This document shows positions 7,079-15,075 of a DNA stretch of 15,075 bases, piece after piece (the stretch's first letter is position 1; each line of letters opens with the position of its first letter). The position numbers were made by a program, and so were the translations under genes. Where the stretch lies: assembly GCA_964458565.1 (NCBI GenBank), contig CAYWJO010000003.1:142775-157849 (forward strand), in the 5' to 3' direction. The notes under the pieces were generated by a model. It did not search any database. It had not been told where the DNA came from and saw nothing but the letters and a program-made list of their open reading frames with translations. This DNA comes from an uncultured archaeon. Its GTDB lineage: Archaea; Asgardarchaeota; Thorarchaeia; Thorarchaeales; Thorarchaeaceae.

Positions 7079-7855
7079 ATGAAGAAAAGAAAGGATGTCT
7101 TAGAGGCGCTCTCAAGAGGAAAAATTAACATTGAAGAAGCAGAGGTCTTGCTAAATAAAATGACTCTTGAGCAAATAGACGAACTTGCAGTGATAGATTA
7201 TGATCGCGAGGAAAGAAGCGGTATTCCCGAAGTAGTAATGGCGGGAACAAAAGAAAACATGCAGATAGTAAGTATAGTCAGATCAATTGTTGAGAGAAAA
7301 GGTATCGCATTGATAACCAGAGCGATTGAGAATCAAACTGAATTTCTAACGAAAAACCTTGTTGACTATGAGTTTGAAGTGTCAGGTTCAAAAAGCCATC
7401 AAACAATCTTGGTTAAGTCAAAGGAATGGAAAGAACCAGAGACAAATGGATGCATTGCAATATTAACAGCAGGCACCTCAGATATTATTTTCGCAAATGA
7501 AGTTGAAGGTGTAGCAAAACTGATGGGTGTGGAGTATCTAACCTATTATGATGTGGGAGTCGCTGGGATGCATCGACTCCTCGAACCACTAAAGGAAATC
7601 CGAGAGAAGGATGTTGATGCAATAGTTGTTCTTGCAGGAATGGAAGGTGCCTTACCCACTCTTGTTGCATCCCTTTTAGATATTCCAGTTATTGGTGTCC
7701 CAATTCCAGTTGGGTACGGATATGGCGGTAATGGAGAAACCGCGCTTGCATCAATGCTACAGTCATGTGCTCCAGGACTTTCCGTAATGAATATTGGAAA
7801 TGGATTCGGAGCTGGTGCATTTGCTTGTCTTATAGCAAAAAGACGTACGAAATGA
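7079..7855 (+). CDS. larB: Nickel-pincer cofactor biosynthesis protein LarB (PurE-like)
   Basis: D..REERSGIPEVV...K, TAGTSD, DVGVAGMHRL, AGMEGALPTLVASL, IGVP..VGYG, ML.SCAPGLSV.NI.NGFGA. Confidence 0.9.
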   Translation: MKKRKDVLEALSRGKINIEEAEVLLNKMTLEQIDELAVIDYDREERSGIPEVVMAGTKENMQIVSIVRSIVERKGIALITRAIENQTEFLTKNLVDYEFEVSGSKSHQTILVKSKEWKEPETNGCIAILTAGTSDIIFANEVEGVAKLMGVEYLTYYDVGVAGMHRLLEPLKEIREKDVDAIVVLAGMEGALPTLVASLLDIPVIGVPIPVGYGYGGNGETALASMLQSCAPGLSVMNIGNGFGAGAFACLIAKRRTK

Positions 7856-7858
7856 CAT

Positions 7859-8992
7859 TCAGATATTATCAAAATATGTTGCAATTCCTAAATAGACGTC
7901 TACAGATTTGTAAAGCTGGTCAAGTGAGATGAATTCATTTGGCTGATGTGCCTGTTCGATAGATCCTGGTCCACAAATAACATTGATAATCCCGATTTTT
8001 GGTTGCAATACACTACAATCAGTTCCAAAGGTAGCGGCGGTTGGAATTGGGCGTTTCCCCGTAATAGCTTCTACGTATTTGAGACTCACATCAACAATTT
8101 GTGAATCACGTGGAGTGATAACTGCTGGTTTTCCGTGAATATATTCTACCTTAGCACTCTTTCCAAGTCCAGCAGTATCTAGTAATTTATTCATTGTTTT
8201 GAGTAGACTATCTATATCCTGGCCTTTGACGATTCTCATATCCAGAAGAACCTCACAATAATCAGGCACGACATTGATTTTAATACCACCAGATATCATT
8301 CCAATATTCAGTGTTGGATTTCCAAGGAGCTCATCAACCTCATATGGAAAGTCTGTATCAATGATTGTTTTTAGAGCTTCAATGCAGATGCTAATGGCAT
8401 TGATGCCCTCCTCTGGTCTCGACCCGTGTGCAGCCTTTCCCGTAGCAACTATCTTAGACCAGAACATACCTTTCTCACCCACTAAGACATCGAGATTTGT
8501 AGGTTCAGCACATACTCCAAAATCTATTCCTTGAAGAAGTCCGCTCTTAGCAACGTTTTCCGCTCCGCTACAACCACTCTCCTCGTCAGATGTTGCTAAC
8601 ATGACGAGTGGGGTGTTATTTCCCTGCTCTTTGTATTGAATCATGGTTTCAACCAAGGCAGTAACTGGACCTTTCATATCGCAAGACCCTCGACCATATA
8701 TTTTACCATTGTCAACTACGCCCCCGAATGGATCATAATCCCATAGTTCTCTAGGACCTGTTGGTACAGTATCCATATGCCCGTGTAATACTAGTTTTGC
8801 AGTCTTCTTTGGATGAGTGTAAAATATCAAATTTGGGCGGTCGTCTGGACCAACGGAATCATAGGTAAAACCGTATTCTGTCATATGCTCAATGAGAACA
8901 TCAGCAACATCTCTCTCATAACCAGGTGGACTCTCTGAATCAGTAGCTATGAGTTGTTTCAGTAGCTTCAACATTCTTCTCTCATCAACCAT
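7859..8992 (-). CDS. M20 family metallopeptidase/deacylase (ArgE/DapE-like)
   Basis: HGHMDTVP, GRGSCDMKG, DEESG, EPT, AHGS, NVVP, GTD, GPG, AHQPNE. Start is likely ATG 8992, after GGTG. Confidence 0.92.
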   Translation of the reverse strand: MVDERRMLKLLKQLIATDSESPPGYERDVADVLIEHMTEYGFTYDSVGPDDRPNLIFYTHPKKTAKLVLHGHMDTVPTGPRELWDYDPFGGVVDNGKIYGRGSCDMKGPVTALVETMIQYKEQGNNTPLVMLATSDEESGCSGAENVAKSGLLQGIDFGVCAEPTNLDVLVGEKGMFWSKIVATGKAAHGSRPEEGINAISICIEALKTIIDTDFPYEVDELLGNPTLNIGMISGGIKINVVPDYCEVLLDMRIVKGQDIDSLLKTMNKLLDTAGLGKSAKVEYIHGKPAVITPRDSQIVDVSLKYVEAITGKRPIPTAATFGTDCSVLQPKIGIINVICGPGSIEQAHQPNEFISLDQLYKSVDVYLGIATYFDNI

Positions 8993-9085
8993 ATTAACAC
9001 CATGAGAATCAGTATGAATCCTCGCTATGAAGGTTATCATTGAACTTATCGAACAGCTTCATAAGTGAGCATGAGAATAGTTAGT

Positions 9086-9162
9086 TGGCAGATCAATGAG
9101 GCCGTTACCCCTGTCTGAGCTTTCTTGGCGATGACGACCTAAGAGCAGTCTGAGGTCTGCCA
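9086..9162 (+). ncRNA. Dual-guide box C/D sRNA
   Basis: 9-bp terminal stem TGGCAGATC(9086-9094)/GGTCTGCCA(9154-9162). Box C ATGAGGC 9096-9102, 12-nt guide, D' CTGA 9115-9118, short internal hairpin, C' ATGACGA 9131-9137, 12-nt guide, D CTGA 9150-9153. Both motifs have K-turn geometry (3-nt bulge plus tandem GA). Confidence 0.85.
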
Positions 9163-9203
9163 CTCTTAGTCTTGAAAGAAGAAAAGAAAGATGGCAACCA
9201 TAT

Positions 9204-10199
9204 TCAAACTATACCATGGATATATTCTCGAATTTTCTTGTAGACGTTTTCTGTTTCATCAGGATCATAATTGGAGAGAATAATGATTGTGGTTATCAGC
9301 TCGTAGCTCTTATCCATAAAAGATGCCACTCCAGATGCACCACCAGCAATGACCCATCCTGGAAGATCCCTTTTTTCTGTATTAGAAATTGGTCTGAATA
9401 CCATCTCAGAATATTTTGGAGAAAGAAGCTTATGTTCATGAACAGCTATATCGAATTTCAGTAGATCATCAACTGTGGAATAACCTCCACCTGCAGGACT
9501 TCCCTTTGAACCTATCAAGAAAGTATTCTCTTTCCTCAAACCTCCACCAAGTTCCGGACAACAATTAAATTTTGTATATCCAATTGCCAGATTTGGTTCA
9601 GGATAGTCAAGCTCAAAATGATCCGTATCATTCATACCTGCTGGAATAAAGATATGCTCCCTTACAAAGTCGTAGTAATTCACTCCAGAAATAGCCTCTA
9701 TAATTTTACCAAGAACCACATAACTTGCATTGCTGTACTGCTTTCCTGTTCCTGGTTTGAAGAGTAAAGGATCTTCAATGAATAGTCCAATAAAATCATC
9801 GACACTTCTAAGGTTCCCAATCATACCCCAATATTTCTCATTGAAATAATCACCCAAACCTGAAGTGAATGAAATCAAATGGTGTATTGCGACATTTTCT
9901 GCAATATCCTTTGGGAAGTTTGGTAGGTACTTCCCCACAAAATCGTTTATGTCCAGTTTTCCTTGTTCCATCAATTTTAGAATGGAGGTCTTTGTGAATA
10001 TCTTATTTATTGACCCAAGATTAAATTTAGTATTTAATCTATTAGGAATATTATATCGTTTGCTTGCAAAACCATACGCTCTCTTGAATACAGGGATGTT
10101 GTCCCTCGCAATGAGAACAACTCCAGAAAATTGGTCATTCTCAACCTCATTTTCAATCAATTCGTGAAGTGCATCTGTATCGATTAGTGCAGCTGTCAT
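9204..10199 (-). CDS. Beta-lactamase-family (AmpC-like) serine hydrolase
   Basis: FSGVVLIA, FNLGSINK (SxxK), LISFTSGL, YSN (YxN), PAGM, PAGG.YST..DL. Start is likely ATG 10199, after GGTG. No signal peptide is evident. Confidence 0.9.
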   Translation of the reverse strand: MTAALIDTDALHELIENEVENDQFSGVVLIARDNIPVFKRAYGFASKRYNIPNRLNTKFNLGSINKIFTKTSILKLMEQGKLDINDFVGKYLPNFPKDIAENVAIHHLISFTSGLGDYFNEKYWGMIGNLRSVDDFIGLFIEDPLLFKPGTGKQYSNASYVVLGKIIEAISGVNYYDFVREHIFIPAGMNDTDHFELDYPEPNLAIGYTKFNCCPELGGGLRKENTFLIGSKGSPAGGGYSTVDDLLKFDIAVHEHKLLSPKYSEMVFRPISNTEKRDLPGWVIAGGASGVASFMDKSYELITTIIILSNYDPDETENVYKKIREYIHGIV

Positions 10200-10215
10200 T
10201 TTTACACCAACATTA

Positions 10216-10265
10216 ATTTCGATGGTATCGAAATAATTCGACCGCATCGTTTTTAAAGTTATGCG
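10216..10265. promoter_or_regulatory. Divergent promoter region: palindromic operator candidate plus symmetric TATA box
   Basis: ATTTCGAT-GGT-ATCGAAAT (10216-10234). TTTAAA at 10252-10257 is flanked by CGCAT (10243-10247) and ATGCG (10261-10265). Confidence 0.55.
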
Positions 10266-10286
10266 ATAGAGTAATGCCATCAGAAG

Positions 10287-10892
10287 GTGATTTTCATTCA
10301 GTCCAGTGATATATCAAAATCCGACAAAAAACCACTCAGGCTGATGGAGCTAGTTGTAGATCCTATTAGAGCGCAGATCTATTTTGAGGTGTTAGTACGA
10401 GGCGAAGTGACAGCACACAAACTAATGCAGGTCCTGCCCATAAATCGAAGCACTCTTACTCATCATCTTACTAAGTTCGTGGAAGCCGGGATTTTCATAG
10501 TTGATATTCCAGCTACTGGAAGACCTGTGAAATATTATCGATTAAATGAGGTATTTGAAGAAACCATAATAGTAGAGGGCATATCATCACATTCGGTGAA
10601 GGAACGCATCATGTTTTTAGAGTCAACTGCAACTCATTTGCATGTTGTAGCTGATTTAGCTAGAAGACTTGCGTCTCAACTTAAGGAGCATTCGAAACCA
10701 CTGAGTCAAATTGGCTTTATTTTTAATCTGATGACAAGAGAAGAGGTGGATATTTGGAATAAACATTATACAAAATTCATGGAAAATGTCAGTGAAGAAA
10801 TTAAAAAGAAAAAGTTAGAATTGAAGAAAAACAAAGAGTGTACACATGTTGCGTTTTCGGGATTTCTACCTATTATAAACACGGAGTCTTAG
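10287..10892 (+). CDS. ArsR-like winged-helix transcriptional regulator
   Basis: DPIRAQIYFEVL...TAHKL...INRSTLTHHLTKFVEAGI...GRPVKYYRL. Start codon uncertain. Confidence 0.85.
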   Translation: MIFIQSSDISKSDKKPLRLMELVVDPIRAQIYFEVLVRGEVTAHKLMQVLPINRSTLTHHLTKFVEAGIFIVDIPATGRPVKYYRLNEVFEETIIVEGISSHSVKERIMFLESTATHLHVVADLARRLASQLKEHSKPLSQIGFIFNLMTREEVDIWNKHYTKFMENVSEEIKKKKLELKKNKECTHVAFSGFLPIINTES

Positions 10893-10988
10893 AAATATTG
10901 AACTTTAACGATAGCTGGGTACCCATTATTCCCAATCAGTGAAATTCTTTTAGTAGTCATTCATATTGAAATTGTGGCTGTGCCTTGA

Positions 10989-11621
10989 ATGATGGATGAA
11001 TTAGTCAATGCATTGATTGAATTGGATGAAGACAGAGTTCTTCGTATTGTCGAGGAGAAACTAGAATCCGGCACAGACCCTATGATAGTTCTCGAATCAT
11101 GTAGAAGTGGCATGGAGGAGATTGGTGCAAGGTTTGAGAGAAATGAATATTTCCTAAGTGAATTGGCACTTGCAGGTGAAATGTTTAAACAAATTTCAAA
11201 TCTTATCTTACCAAGGATTGAGGGATATGCAGAGGAAAAAATAGGAACGGTCTTAATTGGGACTGTTGAGGGGGATATTCATGATATCGGTAAGAATATC
11301 GTAATTTTCATGCTCGAATCTAATGGATTTGAGGTTATTGACATAGGAGTAGATATTCCACCAAATGTCTTTGTAGAAAAAATAAAGGAACTAAAACCAG
11401 ATATTGTTGGGTTGAGTGGTCTCCTTACTGCAGCTTTTGAATCCATGAAAATAACTGTTGATGCAATTCGAGAAGCGGGTTTACTAGATAGTGTAAAGAT
11501 AATGATTGGTGGAGGGCAGTGCAATGAGGATGTACGCGCATTTACAGGGGCTCACGCATATGGTGAAACTGCAGTCGATGCTGTTAAATTATGTAAGAAA
11601 TGGATTCAAACTAGTAATTGA
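10989..11621 (+). CDS. Corrinoid (cobalamin-binding) protein, MtaC/MtbC/MttC-like
   Basis: N-terminal cap (GMEEIGARFE..EYFLSEL..AGE), DIHDIGKNIV (DxHxxG), SGLL, MIGG. Confidence 0.93.
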   Translation: MMDELVNALIELDEDRVLRIVEEKLESGTDPMIVLESCRSGMEEIGARFERNEYFLSELALAGEMFKQISNLILPRIEGYAEEKIGTVLIGTVEGDIHDIGKNIVIFMLESNGFEVIDIGVDIPPNVFVEKIKELKPDIVGLSGLLTAAFESMKITVDAIREAGLLDSVKIMIGGGQCNEDVRAFTGAHAYGETAVDAVKLCKKWIQTSN

Positions 11622-11736
11622 AAACCACACGGGTTGAAATCTTAATTTTCCAAACCGAGGTTTCATGTGAAAGAAGAAACCACATCAAAGATACCTGATA
11701 AGATAGCCATGAGTAAGTTTCGGGTAATAGAATGGA

Positions 11737-11753
11737 GAGGGGATATTCCCCTC
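11737..11753 (-). terminator. Perfect 7-bp hairpin downstream of the small minus-strand ORF
   Basis: GAGGGGA-TAT-TCCCCTC, 21 nt after the stop at 11775, followed by pyrimidine-rich sequence on the minus strand. Confidence 0.5.
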
Positions 11754-11774
11754 AAAACAACACGCGAGAATCAA

Positions 11775-11957
11775 TTAGGGGTCGGTGAGGATTAGACCAT
11801 TTCGCCGCATTATGACCCTGTACGACCTACCGACATCATCCTCAACCTCGACCTGATCGTTCTTCAGAAACTTCTTCACAGCCCTCTTCATGTCGGTCGA
11901 AGGTAGGTCTCTGAAGCGTATGATACAGGTCTCTGTCATTTTAGGAGTCTCCATCAC
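11775..11957 (-). CDS. Small hypothetical protein (54-60 aa)
   Basis: Protein-like composition, upstream TTTATATA (12042-12049, minus) and a downstream hairpin. The alternative start ATG 11939 has GGAGA upstream. Confidence 0.55.
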   Translation of the reverse strand: MMETPKMTETCIIRFRDLPSTDMKRAVKKFLKNDQVEVEDDVGRSYRVIMRRNGLILTDP

Positions 11958-12182
11958 AACGTGCTAAGAAGTAAGGCACGGCAGTGGTGGCGCGGCAAAC
12001 CTGAAAGGAGTGCACGACATGGTGTCATATGAAGTCTTGAATATATAAAGAACAAGCTGACTTGAAATGGTTCTGGAAGCGATATTATCTCACTTTTGGT
12101 ATGCCTAGTTATTTATGATTTGTTCAGGATGATAATGGCACACACTCCATGAATATGGCCTTAACAAATGGTCAACCTATTT

Positions 12183-12410
12183 CTACACAGACAGCCAGAC
12201 ATTTGTATAATACGCACAGAGTTCAATGTCAATCATGGGATGTTCTTCCGGAGCACCCACCTCGTAGTTGTAGTCGTCAGAGGCCCAACCATTATTCACT
12301 ATGTAGGCTGTTGGCACTAAATCGATATAATCCCTGAGCGTTCCTCTAAGTAAGTTTACATGGAGGTCCATTTGATTGAGGTAAAAAAATATATCATTCT
12401 TCTCCAACAA
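12183..12410 (-). pseudogene. Possible small ORF or gene remnant
   Basis: 75 codons from a TTG start with protein-like acidic composition. A GGAGGT upstream is not spaced for this start, and a TAA closes the frame 5 codons upstream. Confidence 0.25.
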
Positions 12411-12659
12411 ACCACTTTTACCAGGTTAATACCTCCGTTTCATTCCTAAACATGATGGTTCATCCCACACGTGCACTCAATCTAAAGATAAAAAGTTATT
12501 ATTCTAAATGAGGAATACATGATGAAAAGAGATTGGTATTTTCTAATACATGGATGAACATTCTCAAAGATTAATCTGATAAAATGTATAAATCTTTGAA
12601 TCCGTTAGGTCACATCAATAATTATAAACACTTCAGATGTAATATATTTTGGGGTGTTG

Positions 12660-12803
12660 GAAAATTAGAGATTCCAGTGAAATTGAAGGCTGTTATTAGG
12701 ATGTTAAAGGAAAAATCTGAGAAGACTGAGCGTGAACGTCTGGAGATTCTGGTAGACGAACGCACTAAGGACCTCAAGCAGTAAATCAAAGAAGGAAAAA
12801 AAC
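12660..12803 (+). pseudogene. Disrupted former N-terminal segment of the downstream histidine kinase
   Basis: [21 protein letters not shown].. is a typical signalling helix. It is separated from the kinase frame by TAA (12782-12784) and one extra base in or near the A7 run (12796-12802). Confidence 0.6.
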
Positions 12804-13940
12804 GTGGTTGATGCACTCACAGAGAGTGAGAGTCGTTACCGTCTCTTGTTCGAGGACTCTGCGCTTTCACTATGGGTTGAAGATTTCTCAAAGGCTAAAG
12901 AGTTTATGAATAATCTAAAATCATCTGGTGTCAAGGGTTTACGAAAATATTTTGAGGAAAACCAAGAGGCGCTCCTTCGTTGTGTTAGTCTGGTCCAGGT
13001 GCTCGACGTAAATCGTGCCACTATGACTCTACATGGAGTACAAAATAAGAAAGAGATGTTGGGTTCTTTAGATAAGATTCTGTCAGATGACGCTTTATCT
13101 GTATTTCTTGATCAACTCTTGGCATTGAATTATGGGAATCTACCTTATGAGAGTGAGATTGAAGAAATGATGGTGTTGGGGGAGAAGAAAGCACTAGTTC
13201 TCCAACTTACTGTCCCACCTCAATATAGTGAGTCTTTAAAGAGAGTATTTCTAACAATTATCGATGCTACTGAACGGAAGAAGGCAGAGGATGAAATTAG
13301 ATCTTCACTTGCTGAGAAGGAATTTCTTCTCAAAGAAATTCATCACCGTGTCAAGAATAACCTCCAAATCATCTCGAGCCTTCTCTTCCTTCAAGCCCAG
13401 AAGAGCCAGATACCAGAGATTGTCAATTCACTCAAAGAGAGTGAGCATCGTATAAAGTCCATGGCGCTGATACATGAATTACTCTACGAGTCGAAAGATC
13501 TAGCAAAGATTGACTTTGAAAGATACATGAAGAGTCTAGGAGAATACTTGCTAAGTTCATTTGGAATGAATACAAGTGATATAGCATTGAAGATTGATGT
13601 CATCTGTGGTACAATTAGTATTGATATTGCTATTCCTTGTGCTTTAATCGTCAATGAGTTGGTATCTAATGCTATGAAGTATGCCTTTCCAGGTAACAGA
13701 CCTGGTGAGATTGAAATCAGTCTGAAGGCTCTTGGAAATGATGAACTTGAGTTGGCAGTGAGTGATAATGGTGTGGGATTACCTGCTAATCCTATACCAA
13801 AACGAGGTGAAACACTGGGTATACAGTTGGTCACTAATCTGGTTGAAAGACAACTAAAAGGGACATTGGAAGTGGATGTGGGCACGAGAACAAGATATGT
13901 AATTCGATTCAAGAATATTGGAGGCCGAAGTGATGAGTGA
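12804..13940 (+). CDS. Cytoplasmic PAS - HisKA_2 sensor histidine kinase
   Basis: [18 protein letters not shown] ending DATERK, H-box [48 protein letters not shown]. Confidence 0.93.
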   Translation: MVDALTESESRYRLLFEDSALSLWVEDFSKAKEFMNNLKSSGVKGLRKYFEENQEALLRCVSLVQVLDVNRATMTLHGVQNKKEMLGSLDKILSDDALSVFLDQLLALNYGNLPYESEIEEMMVLGEKKALVLQLTVPPQYSESLKRVFLTIIDATERKKAEDEIRSSLAEKEFLLKEIHHRVKNNLQIISSLLFLQAQKSQIPEIVNSLKESEHRIKSMALIHELLYESKDLAKIDFERYMKSLGEYLLSSFGMNTSDIALKIDVICGTISIDIAIPCALIVNELVSNAMKYAFPGNRPGEIEISLKALGNDELELAVSDNGVGLPANPIPKRGETLGIQLVTNLVERQLKGTLEVDVGTRTRYVIRFKNIGGRSDE

Positions 13941-15075
13941 TTCCTTCAGTGTTATGCTTGTTGAAGATGAAGCGATTGTTGCAATGGAGATTGAGGAGAG
14001 ATTAAAAATCCTTGGTTACGAAGTTATTGCATCGGTTGCATCCGGTGAGGAAGCGATTGAAATAGCATCAAAACTACGACCTGAAGTAATACTAATGGAT
14101 ATTAGATTGAAGGGGTCGATAGATGGAATCCAAGCAGCTAATTTAATCTCTAGAGAATGTGGCATTCCTGTGATTTTTATCACAGCTTATTCAGATGATG
14201 ATACATTGAAACAAGCGCGGGCTTCCTCACCATACGGATACCTGGTAAAACCATTCAAAGAGAGAGATCTTCACGCCACAATTCAGATTGCAAAACAAAG
14301 GTTTGAAAATGATCAAATTCTGATTGGTCGTGAAGAGCAGTTCAGATTGTTCTTTGAAAATGCTCCGATTTATTGTTATTTAGTGTCATTAGATGGTAAT
14401 ATTCTAGATGTGAGCGATAATGCAATTCATGCAATGGGGTATAACAAGGAGGAAATAATCGGAAAACCTCTAACTATGATATTTGCTCATGAATCTATGC
14501 TTATCGCTGAATCTTATTTTTCAAACCAGGAGAATATTGGATCTCAAGAAGAAACGGAGGCGATTCTTGCCACAGCTGATGGATCAAGGAGAACGGTTAT
14601 GATGTGTTCCAACCTTGTGGAAACACCAGATGGAAGACAATCTTACTGGATAATCTTACTTAGGGACATAACCGAACGTAAAGTTGCTGAGAAAGCGCTT
14701 TATGAGAGTGAAAAGAAATATCGAACACTTGTCGAGTCAATGCAAGACCTCGTCTTTGTCTATGATGAGAATGAATGCTACTCTCAGTATTATGCTGCCA
14801 TTGATCATCTGCTATATTCACCGCCAGGAGTATTCATGGGAAAGCACATTTCTGATGTATTGCCTAAAGAAGTAGGTGAAGAACTAATAGACCGTATCAG
14901 GAAGGTGAGGAAGAGTGGGGAGAGTGAGAGATATGATTACCCCTTAGAAGTCAAAGGCACGAATTATTGGTTTTCAACGATTATAAGTCTACACGAAGAT
15001 GGAAAGAGTATAGTATCTGTTGTAAGAGATATTACACAACGTAAAATAACAGAGGGAAAGCTTAACAAAAGCTAC
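13933..15075 (+). CDS. Partial (runs off right edge) receiver-PAS-PAS signalling protein
   Basis: Not in the ORF track because there is no stop in the window. [13 protein letters not shown]...[12 protein letters not shown]...PVIFITAY...GYLVKPF is an intact REC domain, followed by two PAS/PAC units ending RDITERK and RDITQRK. Overlaps the kinase stop; GGAGG RBS at 13920-13924. Confidence 0.93.
   Translation, partial: MSDSFSVMLVEDEAIVAMEIEERLKILGYEVIASVASGEEAIEIASKLRPEVILMDIRLKGSIDGIQAANLISRECGIPVIFITAYSDDDTLKQARASSPYGYLVKPFKERDLHATIQIAKQRFENDQILIGREEQFRLFFENAPIYCYLVSLDGNILDVSDNAIHAMGYNKEEIIGKPLTMIFAHESMLIAESYFSNQENIGSQEETEAILATADGSRRTVMMCSNLVETPDGRQSYWIILLRDITERKVAEKALYESEKKYRTLVESMQDLVFVYDENECYSQYYAAIDHLLYSPPGVFMGKHISDVLPKEVGEELIDRIRKVRKSGESERYDYPLEVKGTNYWFSTIISLHEDGKSIVSVVRDITQRKITEGKLNKSY

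Noticed and set aside
7079-7855. purE call
   Set aside because: The N-terminal extension and the AGTSD, DVGVAG and AGMEGAL motifs identify LarB.
9138-9149. D guide targeting the LSU rRNA CUCUUAAGGU segment
   Set aside because: Pairing needs a bulged A and does not clearly cover the +5 position.
9204-10199. Antibiotic-resistance beta-lactamase call
   Set aside because: The fold family is clear, but there is no signal peptide or KTG motif; many members are peptidases or esterases.
11620-11665. Imperfect hairpin after the corrinoid gene
   Set aside because: Many bulges and AT-rich; not distinguishable from chance by eye.
11990-12020. GGCAAACCTGAAAGG resembling the start of a c-di-GMP-I riboswitch
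   Set aside because: The stem is too short, there is no downstream GCAAA/P3 element, and it is antisense to the nearest ORF.
12149-12337. 62-aa plus-strand ORF
   Set aside because: Unprotein-like composition, no RBS, and it overlaps the more plausible minus-strand frame.
1255-14875. Other short track ORFs overlapping called genes (e.g. 1255, 1624, 2688, 5805, 7485, 7546, 8274, 9216, 9865, 11279, 12836, 13264, 13484, 14684)
   Set aside because: Antisense or off-frame inside well-supported CDSs, with no recognisable motifs.

Overview
Archaeal chromosomal window, most likely Asgard (possibly Thorarchaeia). The lineage is inferred from longin-domain proteins, an Arf-like small GTPase, an eS25 with the KKW motif, TATA-type promoters and GGTGA/GGAG ribosome-binding sites. 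The left part is a cluster of eukaryotic-signature genes: a longin/uDENN-like protein with tandem winged helices (NPRL2/NPRL3-like layout), translationally coupled to a longin-Arf-like GTPase fusion, then a coiled-coil/Pro-rich/helical-hairpin protein. This cluster is divergent from a His/Asp-repeat NfeD/YqiJ-like membrane protein. Next come an extended eS25-HhH fusion that appears to need a non-canonical start codon, a GlmU-like protein with altered catalytic motifs, AlaX, LarB and an M20 hydrolase. An intergenic dual-guide box C/D sRNA lies at 9086-9162. It is followed by a serine hydrolase with a divergent wHTH regulator, an orphan corrinoid protein, a low-coding stretch with small ORFs, and a PAS-HisKA_2 kinase (decayed N-terminus) coupled to a REC-PAS-PAS protein that runs off the window. 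All calls come from reading motifs by eye; no searches were run.
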